NCBI GenBank assembly: GCA_000165425.1
Contig: CT868048.1
Location: 1-64,000, forward strand
Direction of reading: 5' to 3'
Length of the DNA: 64,000 nt
Source: Paramecium tetraurelia
Lineage: Eukaryota
Positions 11,844 to 24,039 of the stretch are shown piece by piece (position 1 is the first letter of the stretch; every line of letters begins with the position of its first letter). The translations under genes and the position numbers were made by a program. The notes under the pieces were generated by a model. That model did not search any database and had not been told where the DNA came from. It saw only the letters and a program-made list of their open reading frames with translations.

Positions 11844-13742
11844 ATGAACAAAGATCTTCATTTTTATTGTGTAAAGCCTGATTAATATTTTTGGAATTTT
11901 TAAAAAGCAATGTAAAAAGGTGTTACTTCCCACAGTCCCAGTTCAGAACATAGCCATACTGAGCCTAGAGAAACATCACTGCCAAAATTCGAGTTTGAAT
12001 ATCCTCATTCCTGTTATGGGGTGGTAGTTCAAAGCACAAAAAATTCTAACAAACTGAACTAATTGCTGATTCATCAAGTGAATCTCTGCTTCCACCTTAT
12101 CGTATTTTAAAATCAAGGAGAAGAAGTTAAAGAAGTAATAAACCGAAAAGTGCTTGTTAGTAGGAAATTCGTTGCATCAAATAGCCAAGAAAATTATAAA
12201 ACCTAAAATTTCATATCAACCAAACATATTTCCTTTGAAGGCTTTAAAACCAAAATAGTGAAAAGTAAAATCAATGGAATTTTTTTTGATGATGAAAATA
12301 TCCCAATGATCTTGAATTTCAACTTAATAATGCTAATTTATGAACCTATTATAATTCAATTAACTTGTCAAATAACTTTTATATTGAACCTACTATCCAC
12401 TCTTATAAAGCCTATATTGGTAAAGGTAATAATGGACAACTAGTATAGTGGATTTTAAAAAAAGATGATGGTCGTCAGTTGTTGATAAAGACAAAGAATA
12501 AGCCAACTTTTTATGGCAATAATTGAGGAATAACTCCTACATCAATTTGATTCCTGAATCAATTTAAGAGATCTGTTAATAAAATATTAGTATTTAAGAA
12601 TAATTAAATATTGTTGATATTTAATATCAAAATTTATTCCCTTAATACTTATGCCTTGAGTTGTAGAAACTCAACAAAAAGTAGGAAAGAATTTCAAAAT
12701 TATCTCATAAGATCAAGCTGATACATTCTCTTCGAATCTAAGACTATTTGAAATAAATAACAACACAAAACTGCATAATCATATTTAAAATAATACACAT
12801 TTTTGTAGTAAAAAGAATCTCTTGTATAATATGAAAAAGTATTATGAATAAAAAGGATTAAATGTTTTTGATTTCTTGCCTCAAACTTATCATATCAAAA
12901 ATAAAGTGGTGGATCTATTTGTCTATAAAATCCGAATAATTCTATTTGGATTGTTAAACCTGCCGAATTTACTAATAGAGGTCATGGAATTCACATATTC
13001 AAGACAATAAATGAAGTCTAATAGTTCTTAAGAAGTATTCATCATCATAAGAATGGAGTCTAGAAGACTTTTATTGTTTAAAAATATATTGAAAATAAAT
13101 TACTTTATAACCAAAGAAAATTTGATATTAGATGATATATCTTATTTACTTCTATCAATGGATAACAGAAGGGCTATTGGAATTAAAATGGATACAAAAG
13201 AACTTCTAGCTTTGAATTCAGTTTGGTCAATTTACAAATCAGATTGATTCATCTAACTAATGATGCTATTTAAAAGCATTCAGAGGATTATGGTAAACTT
13301 GAAAATAGGAATAAGGTTTCATTTGATGAATTTAATAATTTCTTGCCAATTGATTTTTACTCAACAATTTACACTTAAATGAAGAATATTGCACTTGATC
13401 AATTCAAAGCAACCTGTGGTAAATTGGATCCTAAAAGGAAAGAAACACCTTTGAGGTGTGTGGATTAGATTTTATGATTGATGATAAATCTAAGGTTTGG
13501 CTAATTGAAACAAACACAAATCCTTGTCTGGAATGTTTAGGCCCTCTCTTACCTAAATTAATCCCTTAATTAATAGAAGATCTTTTTAAACTTATATTAG
13601 ACCCACTTTATCCTCCTCCTTAATTTTTTACTCTAAAAAGTTTATATATGATTAATTTGAAAATAAATTTGAATTAATATTTGATTAGACAATGCTGGAT
13701 GTACCACAAATATTCACTTTAAACTTAATAGATGAGCAATGA
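11844..13742 (+). pseudogene. Tubulin-tyrosine-ligase-like (TTLL, probably glycylase-type) pseudogene
   Basis: TTLL motifs YIGKGNN, FLPQTYHI, WIVKPAEFTNRGHGI, IVQKYIE, RKFDIR, IHLTNDAIQK and FEVCGLDFMIDD..VWLIETNTNPCL lie in different frames with no GT..AG introns to join them. In-frame TGA at 12466-12468 and 13133-13135; frameshifts near 12910-12940 and 13441-13450. Confidence 0.85.
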
Positions 13743-14382
13743 TTTATTTATAATATTTAACTAATCTATCAAAATTATTAAGAAAAAATCTAAGTATAAC
13801 AATTTTATAGAGAATTGTATCAAAAGACAAATAAATAATTTAATGCCTAATCAAAAAATTATTTTACTTTATATTGAATTTATTGTTTATCATAATATGC
13901 AATTTGAAACACCTTCTTAACTCAAATATGTTATAAAAAGTAGATTAATAATACCTTTAGATCTGATTAATTAAATGCATTTTTTGATCTTATCACAATA
14001 TTTCAGAGTTGTATTGGTTACTTAATTAAAAGAAGCCAAAAGAGAATGCTTGATTTTTTATTATTTAGAACCATTTATTGTTTATAATAAATCATCATTT
14101 TAAAATAAGAATAATATGGTATCAATAAAAGCTATGTCCTATTTGCAATATGTAATTCTAAATGAAGAAAGCTTTACAAAAAGGAAGATGTATCAGGATT
14201 GAATAAATCTTCTTGAGGAGTAGGCGAATTCCAATTAAAAGTTTAATAGGAATGAAGAAAGCTGAGTATGTATTGGGTGAACCCAAGTTTTAATTCCTGT
14301 TTCTTCAAAAGCTGTTTGCACTAATGTTACGAAATCAGGCCAAATGAAACATTTAAAAATTTATATTTTTCTGTAATAAATT

Positions 14383-17300
14383 ATGCGATGGATAAATTCA
14401 TTGATTATGTACCTTTACTTGAAATAATCATCAAAAGTGTAGAAACTAATTCAATAAAAGTCAGAGAGTAATTTGAAGAAAGTAATTTTTGGTATTTATG
14501 AGTTAAGATTGAACTTGTGAATGGTGAAGTAAAGGCTCTTACTGGTTATGGAAAATCTTATATAGGCAATAAGGTCTAATCATTTACTTTTAAGTAACAT
14601 ATTCTAGAAGTGTTATCCTTTCTCTGGAGATTCGAAATACTAATGATAATGGTCTACATCATTATCAGCTGGGCTCTTTAGGATGATGCAGCCAGGTAAT
14701 TAAAATTTGTATATTCGGAAGCAATTTAGTTCTTTTGTTTCAAAGCATAGTATTGCTATTGGATTATTGTCTGTTTGTAATAAAGTCTGTTCTAAAATTT
14801 CGTAATTTTAGAATAGTGGAATCACAATTGAATGAATAGAGATATAGCATATTGGAGAATTTTATTCATTCCAAAGAACCTTTGGCATCAGATTCTTCTG
14901 AAGATATAAACACTTATTTCTATCCATAAAAATAAGTATTGAGAGAATAGATAAAAGTTGGTGATATTGTTATCTTATAAAAAAAACATGAATGTCCTGC
15001 AGATGTATTACTATTGGAATCGAGTCATCAGGTTGTATAAATAGATTAGAATGAATTTGGTATTCAAACACCTAAAATAACAATTCCTTGTTAATCTACT
15101 TTTAGTAATTTAAATCGTTTATCTTTAGTATAACCAAAATCTGATACAAAAGGAGTATTGGTTGAGTTCAAATTAACTTTGAATGGACAGATCTAGTATT
15201 CCTATCAGCTTGGCAAGAAGTCAAGCTTGATGGGAACAATAAAATTAAAGAATGATCCAAAAGTGTTTAAATTCAATCAGGACAATATTATTTTTAGTGG
15301 GGAGAAGCTATTAAATACGGATTGGGCATTAGGAATAGTTTTGGTAGCAGGGAATAATTGTTTACGTATTTATAAACCAATCAAGCATAAACGATAAAAG
15401 TCATTCCTGTTTATTGGTCTCATAATCCTTGGGTACTTTATAAGTTTGGTATTTGATATGTTAATTGTAGCTTGCAAATCTAAGTTATAAATCAATTTAT
15501 GGAATCCACTTATGTTTCAATTCTATGTTACTTCCATTATATGCAATATTCTATAAGGAGTTCGTCTAGATCTTTCATTACATCAAGCAACCAAGTATTC
15601 AAAAGAAAGTCAAGCCCATGAATGCCATAGGATAAGGAAATAGCCAAGGGAAAGACAGTATATACATTATAAGTATTAAGTTGTTTAAGATGATAAACAC
15701 ATTTGGATTGAATTCAACAAGGTGAAGAATATGACTGAGATCTTTTCATAGGATAACCTGTCGAATTAGGAATAAATTAAAGACTTCTAGATTATGATGT
15801 AATAAACTAATGTAATCATTATTGTAAATTATTTCAGTATTGGAAATGCTCAAAAGTGAATTTGGTGTGTTTGGAATTGAATCAACAGTATTTTCATAAG
15901 AAGAGGAAGATCCAATCAATTTATATTGATGATAAACAATACATGTTCAAATACAAACAATTAGTAACAATTATGAATAGTAATTAAATTTAATTCGGAG
16001 ATAATTATTATAAAACCTTGTTAGACACAGGCAGAGAAAACGATATTTTTGATGAAGACAAGAAGGATTACAGTGAATTGATCAATTCCCATCCTTACTC
16101 GCCTCATAATTAAGAGGAAAGATAAAATTATGGTATGAGTACTAATTTGCAATTTTCACTCTCAAAGAAAACCATTGATGTGTCTTAATAGAAGAAACTA
16201 AAGAATTCCTTAGGGAAAACTATATCAATTAGAACTAGAATTGTAAAGAGTGGGAGTGACTAAAGCTCATCTATCAATTAATTATAGAAGCAATAATTGA
16301 ATGAATAGCAATTTATCACTTAATTGTTTGATGACTTCGACAATCAATATCACGAGAAAGTTGTTGCCTTATTGCTCTTATGTGAGATAGAGAATAAATA
16401 TAATGAATAAAAAAAGACTATAGAAACTTATTGTAAAAACCCATAGGATTATATTTTAATCGAGTTTTGCAATCTCTTAGAATACAAACTTAAATGTAGC
16501 ATTGAAACCGAACGTTAAATTTATGACATAGTTCTCAAAAGTTAACTCAAAATCATTGAAATTCAAGGCAAATTGAAATAATATAAGATCTTAAGTGAAA
16601 ATAAACAAACCAAGAATAGAGTTGGAGTTTATTCTGTGCTCTTAAAAGACCCAGAAGAATTCAATGAAGATGAAGGTGCTCTTCTATATATAAAAATTGA
16701 TACTTCACAAATGTATGAAAACACCAATATGAATATCAATGTGTTAGAAACTAATTCAACTCTATATTATATGTTGAAACGTGGTCAATAACCAACCTTG
16801 TATTTTAAGAAGTAACTCAAAAAGATAGAAGCTAAATAATTCTTGTTAAATAAGATGAATATTATGAATTCATACACCACAGACGAAGATTAATTAGAGT
16901 AATTGTATTTGCAATTGGAATCCTAGGCTGAATTGCTTATGATTATTGGAACTCATGCAAAAATAGATCAAAGTGCTCTTCTGACAATAGATGCATTCTC
17001 ATAAGCAAATGTATAATTATAATCAAAATGATCTTTAGCTAAATACGTGGTTAGTTTCAGCTGAAAATCAATTTGTGGTTCTGAGATTTTTGTTTGATGC
17101 AAAATTTATAGAAAGTGAAAATGAGCTATATTAATTCAGTTCTGGGGATGAGAGAACTTTGAAATTTGCTATTTAGAGCGCCTGCTCAAATCTGATAAAG
17201 TAATAAAGGTAAATGTGAGATTAAACTTAAGAATTTTTGAAGCACAAGACTTTGAAAAGAAGTATATTCTCCTGAGCTGTGAAGCCTTGCTGACTATAAT

Positions 17301-20300
17301 CAAAGATGAGTATCTCTTAAATCATTTTGCCATAATAGTTTAGTTCAGCAGGGGGCTGGCCTTATATGATAGTTTGGAGATCTCAAAGGTAAAATTATAT
17401 AAGATTGCCAAAAAACTCAATATGCAAATTGGATACATAGGAAGTTGTGTAAATAATCAAAGAGTCTATAATATGAGTTAAATATCAATTGATATCAACC
17501 CGAAATGCTACACTCAATCCAAGCCTTGTTATTTAGTAAATTCGTTAAGATGTGCAGAATAAATCCTAATACTCCAGTGTATCAGTTCGTCTTAGTTAGC
17601 CTAATCGATTCTTTACTTTTGGTTATACGAGATGATTCTATTTGTGCTCATTAACCTCATAAATTAAGGGTAATTCTTAACCTAAAGTTGCAACATCCTC
17701 CTTTTATTGAGTCAAACGTTTACAGTGATGATTTAATTACTATCTCATAATCAACGATTCAAGAATTCAGAAGTGCATTACAAAGGGTTAATACCCTAAA
17801 GATGCTTGGTTAAGGTTCTGTTTAATAAAGAGTCATTGATTAAGATATTTCTAGTAGGAGTAATTGATGCAGCAATAGTTAGTATACCATTATATGCTAC
17901 GAAATACTTATACGGAGACTCAAACTACTTACCCTTATCATAATTTGCCTTTATTATCACTCTAGAATTAATAGTCAAAATATAATTGTATTTCTAATTA
18001 TTCGAATAACAATATAAATAGCTTCTGGGATTATTATTATTGAGTGTATTCGTTGTTGCATTGGTGACATTTCTAACTATTCCCGATTATAATGAATATC
18101 ATGTATCTTACTCAGATTTGTTTTATAGCCCTGGATTTATAATAAGGAGTTTAATCTTTGTTTATATATTTGCATTTGTATTTAAATTTGCAGTAGCCTC
18201 TATTTTATAATTGTACAATTTGGAGATGTTCTAGGATCTTTTAATTACAGATGAATCAAATTTTAAAAATATTGAACAGACTAAGAAATAAAGATAAACT
18301 AAGCAGAGCTTATAATTATCTATTTAATCAAGAAAGAAATTTATTAAATCCATTTTGGCAGATAACAATCAGATGGATGACTCCATTTATAAGGCATTGA
18401 ATAATAACATTAATAATGATGAATAAATAGAATTAAAGAAAAATTTGACTTTCAACCAGAAGGAATTCGAGATAAGATATCAAGAGTCTATGAGTTAGAA
18501 TTCAATTTTGTATATCATCTTTGAGGCTGCTGTTTTCATCAATTTATTGATCTAAGTGAACTACATTGAGAATAATATAGCAATCTATATTATCTGGGGT
18601 GTGCAACTGTTCTACAGTATTACAATTCACATTCTATAATACTTGGAAATAACACCTCGTAAGATCTAATAAAACTTGCAATTGATCAGTATCTTAAGTA
18701 GATTTTTATTTTAATATATTACGATATTCTTATTGGATTAGGATTACATAATGAATCAAGTCATTTTCACGTCAATATTTATGATAATCCTCTTAAATTA
18801 TTCAATAAAGCAGAGTCTTAGATTTAAAGGTACAATAATCCTTATGAGTTTAATTAGTTTGGGGGTTGTTTTGAAGTTTATAACACCCAAATATTAATAC
18901 TCTCCATAGAAATAGATAATTTTTATTTTGGCTTTGATAATCATCTGTAGTTTATCGATTGTATGCGGCTATTTCTTATCTTATGTGAATGAGTATTTGA
19001 GGAGACAGAACTTTTTATTGCAAGAGTAATTGGAGAAGGAACAAAAGAAATTGAATGACGCCTTGAGTATATTGATGCCCAGATTTATTAAGGAGAGAAT
19101 GGCAAGAGGATATATATAAATACAAGAAGATCAAGGACCAGTCACAATCCTATTTTGCGAGATTTGCGACTTTGATGATATTATTGAATCTGAGAAGGTG
19201 TCAATCATAAGTTTTCTGGATTCTATCTATAGAACCTTCGATACAATTTGCAACCAGTATAACATCTAGAAAATTGAGACAGTAGGATAGATCTATGTTT
19301 GTGCATCAGGATTAAAAGACTATGATATAATTGATAAGCAATCAAAAAACTCAACATAGAAAATGATTGAATGTGCAATTGCCATGATGGAGTCAACTAA
19401 TAATTTAAAATATTAAGATAAACAGATAGTTATAAAGATTGGAATTAATTATGGGAATGTGATGGCTGGAGTCATTGGCCAACATAAACCATAATTCTCA
19501 TTGATAGGAGACACTGTCAATACAACCAGCAGAGCATGTACAGTATGTGAACCAGGCAAGATTTCATTGACTGAGACTGCCTTTATTAGAGTCAGACAAA
19601 TGAAGTACCAGTTCTAAGTTAAGGAGATCAATATGAAGAATATTTATGTTCTTTATTAACTGGTAATTAATAAGAAGAGCACCTTTGCAGCAAAGGTCGA
19701 CAAGTCACCAATCATTAAGTTGGTGAGTTCAATTTAATTTAAAAGATTGGACTCTAATGATAAGCCAATTAACAATGATCTTATGACAAATGCTGTTAAT
19801 CCTGCAGGGTTCTAATTTGATCTAGCAAGGAAATCATCAATGTCTAGGAATAAATCTGTTTACTAGTTACCTGTTGAGTAATTTGGGAAAGTGATATAAG
19901 ATGTAATCACAGCTAATAAGTTAATATGTAATTATTTAAAATCAAATAGTAGAGGATATATCTAATAGACGTATTACTATGCATAGAAAGAGTAGAGTCA
20001 CTAGATATAAGGAAGTGAATCCTTAAATGATGTCATCACATGATTAAGTTTAATAACCATAATAATAACAATAACAATAACAATAATAATAATAAAAGAC
20101 AGAAGATCCATTAGGAGATTAGTTTGGTGATCTCTTTGATAATATGAAGGTAGCTGATTCTTAAAAAAATGTTGATGATTTAATGCCAAAGAGCCCATAG
20201 AATAATGTTAAAAGCTAGAAATCAATATAAAATAATAATAACAACCATCTTTTTGATTCCACTCTCCAATAGGAAGAAAAAATTGAAATTCCAAAACTAC

Positions 20301-21677
20301 AATAATTAATTGGAAATCAAGAGAAAATTGAAACAGATATTATGTAGGAATTGATTAGAGTCAAATGTGACTTTGGTACGAATCAAGCGAGAAGAGGTAA
20401 ATAAATATGAATAAAATTTAGTATATTTTCGTCAATTCAAATACAAAGAGATGATACGAATTTATAATCATAAATTATTTAAGGATATGGTTTAGTATTG
20501 TTTAATTCTATTTATTTACTTGATGATATTTTAATTGCCCATTTTATTTGCTTTAATGGAATACAAACAATATTTAGGAGTCAATCTTACTATTGAAGGA
20601 TTGAAGATTGCATTCTATTTAATGAGTTGCATTGTTGTTCCATTTTGCTTAAGGGATGCTTATAAATATATATTCTAAATAGGGATGATCATAGGCTATT
20701 TCATTAGTATTTTATTCAACATAATAACAATTATAATTAACGACCCAATCGAAAGATCCTATATTACTCTAATCCTAGCTTTCACTTTATGTTTAGGATA
20801 CTATTTGAGAGCTTTACCCTATTTCACTTCTCGTCATAGAAAACTGCTATTCATTTTAAAATACTTTCACATAATTTTCATCTTATCTTTCGCCAACGAG
20901 TGGAATGAAACAATCATTTTTATTCTCGCCATGGAAATCTTTATATTTGTACAAAGAAATCAAAATGAAGATTTACTTTATTAGAATTACAATATTCACG
21001 ATCAACTCTTGTAACAATAACAAGAATAAAACAAAATAATCAGTCATCTTTTACCTTCTCATATTTTATAATAATATTTTAAAGAATAAGATACAATACC
21101 TGACGTATTTGAGAATGCAACAATCCTCTATGCAGATATAGCAGGCTTTACTAAATATTCTACTAGTGTTGATGCTTAATAAGTATTGTAAATGTTGAGT
21201 TCCCTCTTTAATAAGTTTGATGTTGCTTGCACAGAAAACAATGTTTATAAGTTGTATTCAATTGGAGATAGTTATGTTGTTATAGGAGTTTTAGATGCAA
21301 ACAATGGAATCAGAGAAGAAGAAGCTTATAATGTTGTCAATCTTGGCTTTTAACTACTTGATATAGTAAATTTACTTAAGAAAAATATTCAATATCCTGA
21401 TATCAATATGCGAATTGGAATACATACAGGGAATATAATTGGTGGGATAGTAGGAACAGATATTGTGAGATATGATATATATGGATCAGATGTGGCTATA
21501 GCCAAAAAAATGGAATAGAATTCATAAATTGGAAGAATCATGGTTTCTGAGGATACTATGAAATTTTTAGATGCCACTTACACAGGAGAATTTAGCTATG
21601 TATTTGCTAATCAGATTGAACATCGAAATAGAATTATTTAAGGTTATTATATAGACAAAGTATAAATTGAAGAATGA
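14383..21677 (+). CDS. Alveolate-type bifunctional protein: N-terminal P4-type ATPase-like domain + membrane guanylyl cyclase with two class III cyclase domains
   Basis: ATPase-like part: IKVGDIVILQKKHECPADVLLLESS and NIIFSGEKLLNTDWALGIVLVAG, with many TM segments. First cyclase domain: [60 protein letters not shown]. Second: ATILYADIAGFTKYS..VYKLYSIGDSYVV..MRIGIHTGNIIGGIVGTDIVRYDIYGSDV. About 8 tiny introns restore the frame; TGA at 21675-21677. The start codon is uncertain (alternative ATG near 14344). Confidence 0.92.
20051..20095 (+). repeat. poly-glutamine microsatellite (TAA/CAA) in the inter-cyclase linker
   Basis: TAA TAA CCA TAA TAA TAA CAA TAA CAA TAA CAA TAA TAA TAA TAA = QQPQ12 in the cyclase reading frame. 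Confidence 0.8.
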
Positions 21678-21897
21678 AGCCTTTCTTAATAATTATCATT
21701 ATTATTTAATACAACTTATATTCTGGAACTATTTTCTTTTTTAGTTGAATACTCATAATTGGAAGTAATTCTTTTTATTTTATTAATATATAAGAAATCA
21801 CTTATATTTTTTATTAATTATACTCATATAAATTATAATAAATTTTCAGAAGGCATTTTTTGATTGTTAATATTATAATTTAAAGTAATAAATAATC

Positions 21898-23085
21898 TCA
21901 AGGTTTACGAACATTGATTGATTTTACTCGTTTTCTACTTTTAATAAAATCTTAAAGTTGTAGGGCACCTTCTTCAGTAGTAATCATTATCTTTTACTCT
22001 TACAAAAACAATTAGTATTATTCTTCGCCTATCAAATATAATCCTTATTTTAGTCTAATAAATTAATATTGTTGAGTATGATCTTTAGCAATCAATTAGG
22101 CTAACTTGGAATCTAGTTTATCCTCTTTTATTGGAATGTATTGAGATCCAGTTGCTCTCATTTTTAGAATTTGTTTGATTAAGTTGTCAATTATTTCATC
22201 ATTCTCTATTGGCTATGCAATTTATAGATTTAATTAAATGTTTTAACTTAGTCCATCTATTTCAAATTATGTTAATCTGCTTTTTAATTGTGTTATTTGG
22301 CAGTCAAATTAACTGATAGTTTATTTTAATTTTGTCACTTCCTAATCAACTAAGGATTTCTTATCTAGTAGTTCTTAATAGTTAGTGTCTAAATCCATCA
22401 ATTATTTTAGTAATTGCTTATTCTCTTGAGCCTGTCTTTGCTATAATTTTAATAGATTTTAAAAGTCTATTCTAAAGTCATTTGATGATATTTCTTATTT
22501 AGGTAATTCGACTTTCTCATTTTTCTATTCATTTTATTCTTACAAAGATATCACTTAATTTTCAAGTTCAATTATTCTTTATTTGAGTTCTTTATTCTCT
22601 TATTTCAATTATTCCATTAGATTATCTCCTAAAACAAAGGATTGTATCAACTTTTAATTTGATTCAGATTTCTATCTATTTGTAGGGGTCTTAAATGTAA
22701 ATTTTTTTGCGCTAGCAGTTAGACTTCTTTCTGTTTCATTTTTTCTAAGGGGAGACTCTGATGTTTATGCATTCTATTTTATGTTTAATTTAGATGGTTT
22801 TTCTACATCTTGTATCAAAACAATGTAATATTATCCGATTACATTTGAAAATTTATATTCGCCTGTTGTCTCAGTGATATCCTCATTCATTTGGATTTTA
22901 AAGACCTCATCATTATACTTTAACTGGATTGAGCCCAATTAGCTTTATTTATGTTAATTACAATACTTTACATTAAATGTTAATCCTTCAGTCTAAGGGA
23001 GAGTCACTACTTTGGTCTTTCCTGCCATCGTCACTGAACACTTGAATTGTTATTAAGATTTAAGTGCAATAAGAACCTTATACAT
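21898..23085 (-). CDS. Coiled-coil protein with a divergent C-terminal GAS2/GAR-like microtubule-binding domain
   Basis: Open in code 6 with one 24-nt intron. The C-terminus FIRLKQGLYLIGEEQYQLFLQEQKIMITTEEGALQLQDFI resembles the GAR pattern (IR..EGKY.FG....VR......VRVGGGW..L..FL). Confidence 0.7.
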
Positions 23086-23260
23086 ATTTGTCTGTTATAA
23101 TAAAAATTATAAATATAATCAACCCAATAATTATTTAATTAGAGTATACAAATTCATATCAATTTATCATTTTTAAAAGTGTTCAAATAATTATATCTCC
23201 ATTATTTGACTGAATTAACTTGTGATTATTTTTCAATAATTTAAATAAAAATAAACAAAA

Positions 23261-23684
23261 GATTTTGCAAATTGCTTAGTCATCGGGGCACATATACACG
23301 AATGTAAGCAATTACATAAACATACCCTGGGGTTAAAGTCCTCCTTTCCTTGGGACAGAAAGTGTCGGCATAATATGCTGGTCTGAGAATCGTCTGTTGC
23401 CCTAAGAAGAGAATTGGGATTTCCCATCAAGTATTCTAATCTAACAGACTGCACTAAGAGAGTGTAGTTGATGTTTAATGAAATATTCACTCCTCAGATT
23501 AAGACTGTTGTGGAGACAAGAATGTCTAGGGGTGGAGTTAAATTTCTTAAATTTGAGTTAGATTACTAATTATTTGATGGTCATCTCAATTTGATTAGTA
23601 TGGCCTGACTTTCTTAAGACATCCAATAAATATAAGCTAGTTATACTAACCTATAAACACAAGGGGGCTTATGATTTGCAAATC
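23261..23684 (+). ncRNA. RNase MRP RNA
   Basis: P1 GATTTTGCAAATTG pairs with TGATTTGCAAATC; P2 TTAGT/ACTAA; P3 carries an ATGTAA-GCAA-TTACAT hairpin. CR-I GGGGTTAAAGTCCTC (23329-23343) pairs as P4 with CR-V ACACAAGGGGGCTTA (23657-23671). MRP-diagnostic P8 hairpin GACA-GAAAG-TGTC (23354-23366, GARAR loop); CR-IV TAGTTAT (23638-23644); T5 at 23695-23699. Confidence 0.88.
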
Positions 23685-24039
23685 ACTTGGCTTATTTTTG
23701 TTTAAATTTTCTATTTCCATTATGTAGATTGTTAAGCCATTAAAAAAGCAATGCAGAAATTATCATATATCTGTGTTGAAGATATATGGCAAAAGTAAAT
23801 CTAAATTGGGCATAAATTTCCTATTGATTAGGACTTATATTAAATCAGTTTAGAGACATACCATTATTTTTACTATTACCACTCATTATAATCTTATTAA
23901 AATTAAATTCAAAATTGTAAAGAAATCGCATACAATAAAGCTTAAGCTTCATTACCTACTATCTCTCTATATCTCATTTAATAATCTTAGAGAAAGACAA
24001 TATCTAATAATAATATTGCTATTATTTATAATATTTAAA

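Noticed and set aside
12466..13135. TGA recoding (selenocysteine or Trp) in the TTLL gene
   Set aside because: The TGAs co-occur with several frameshifts, no SECIS was recognised, and TGA is the stop in every other gene.
20041..20043. Premature stop splitting the guanylyl cyclase
   Set aside because: A 22-nt GT..AG intron at about 19928-19949 shifts the frame before it, giving a continuous ORF.
23233..23490. Track ORF of 85 aa on the minus strand
   Set aside because: It is antisense to the RNase MRP RNA and is open by chance in GC-richer sequence.
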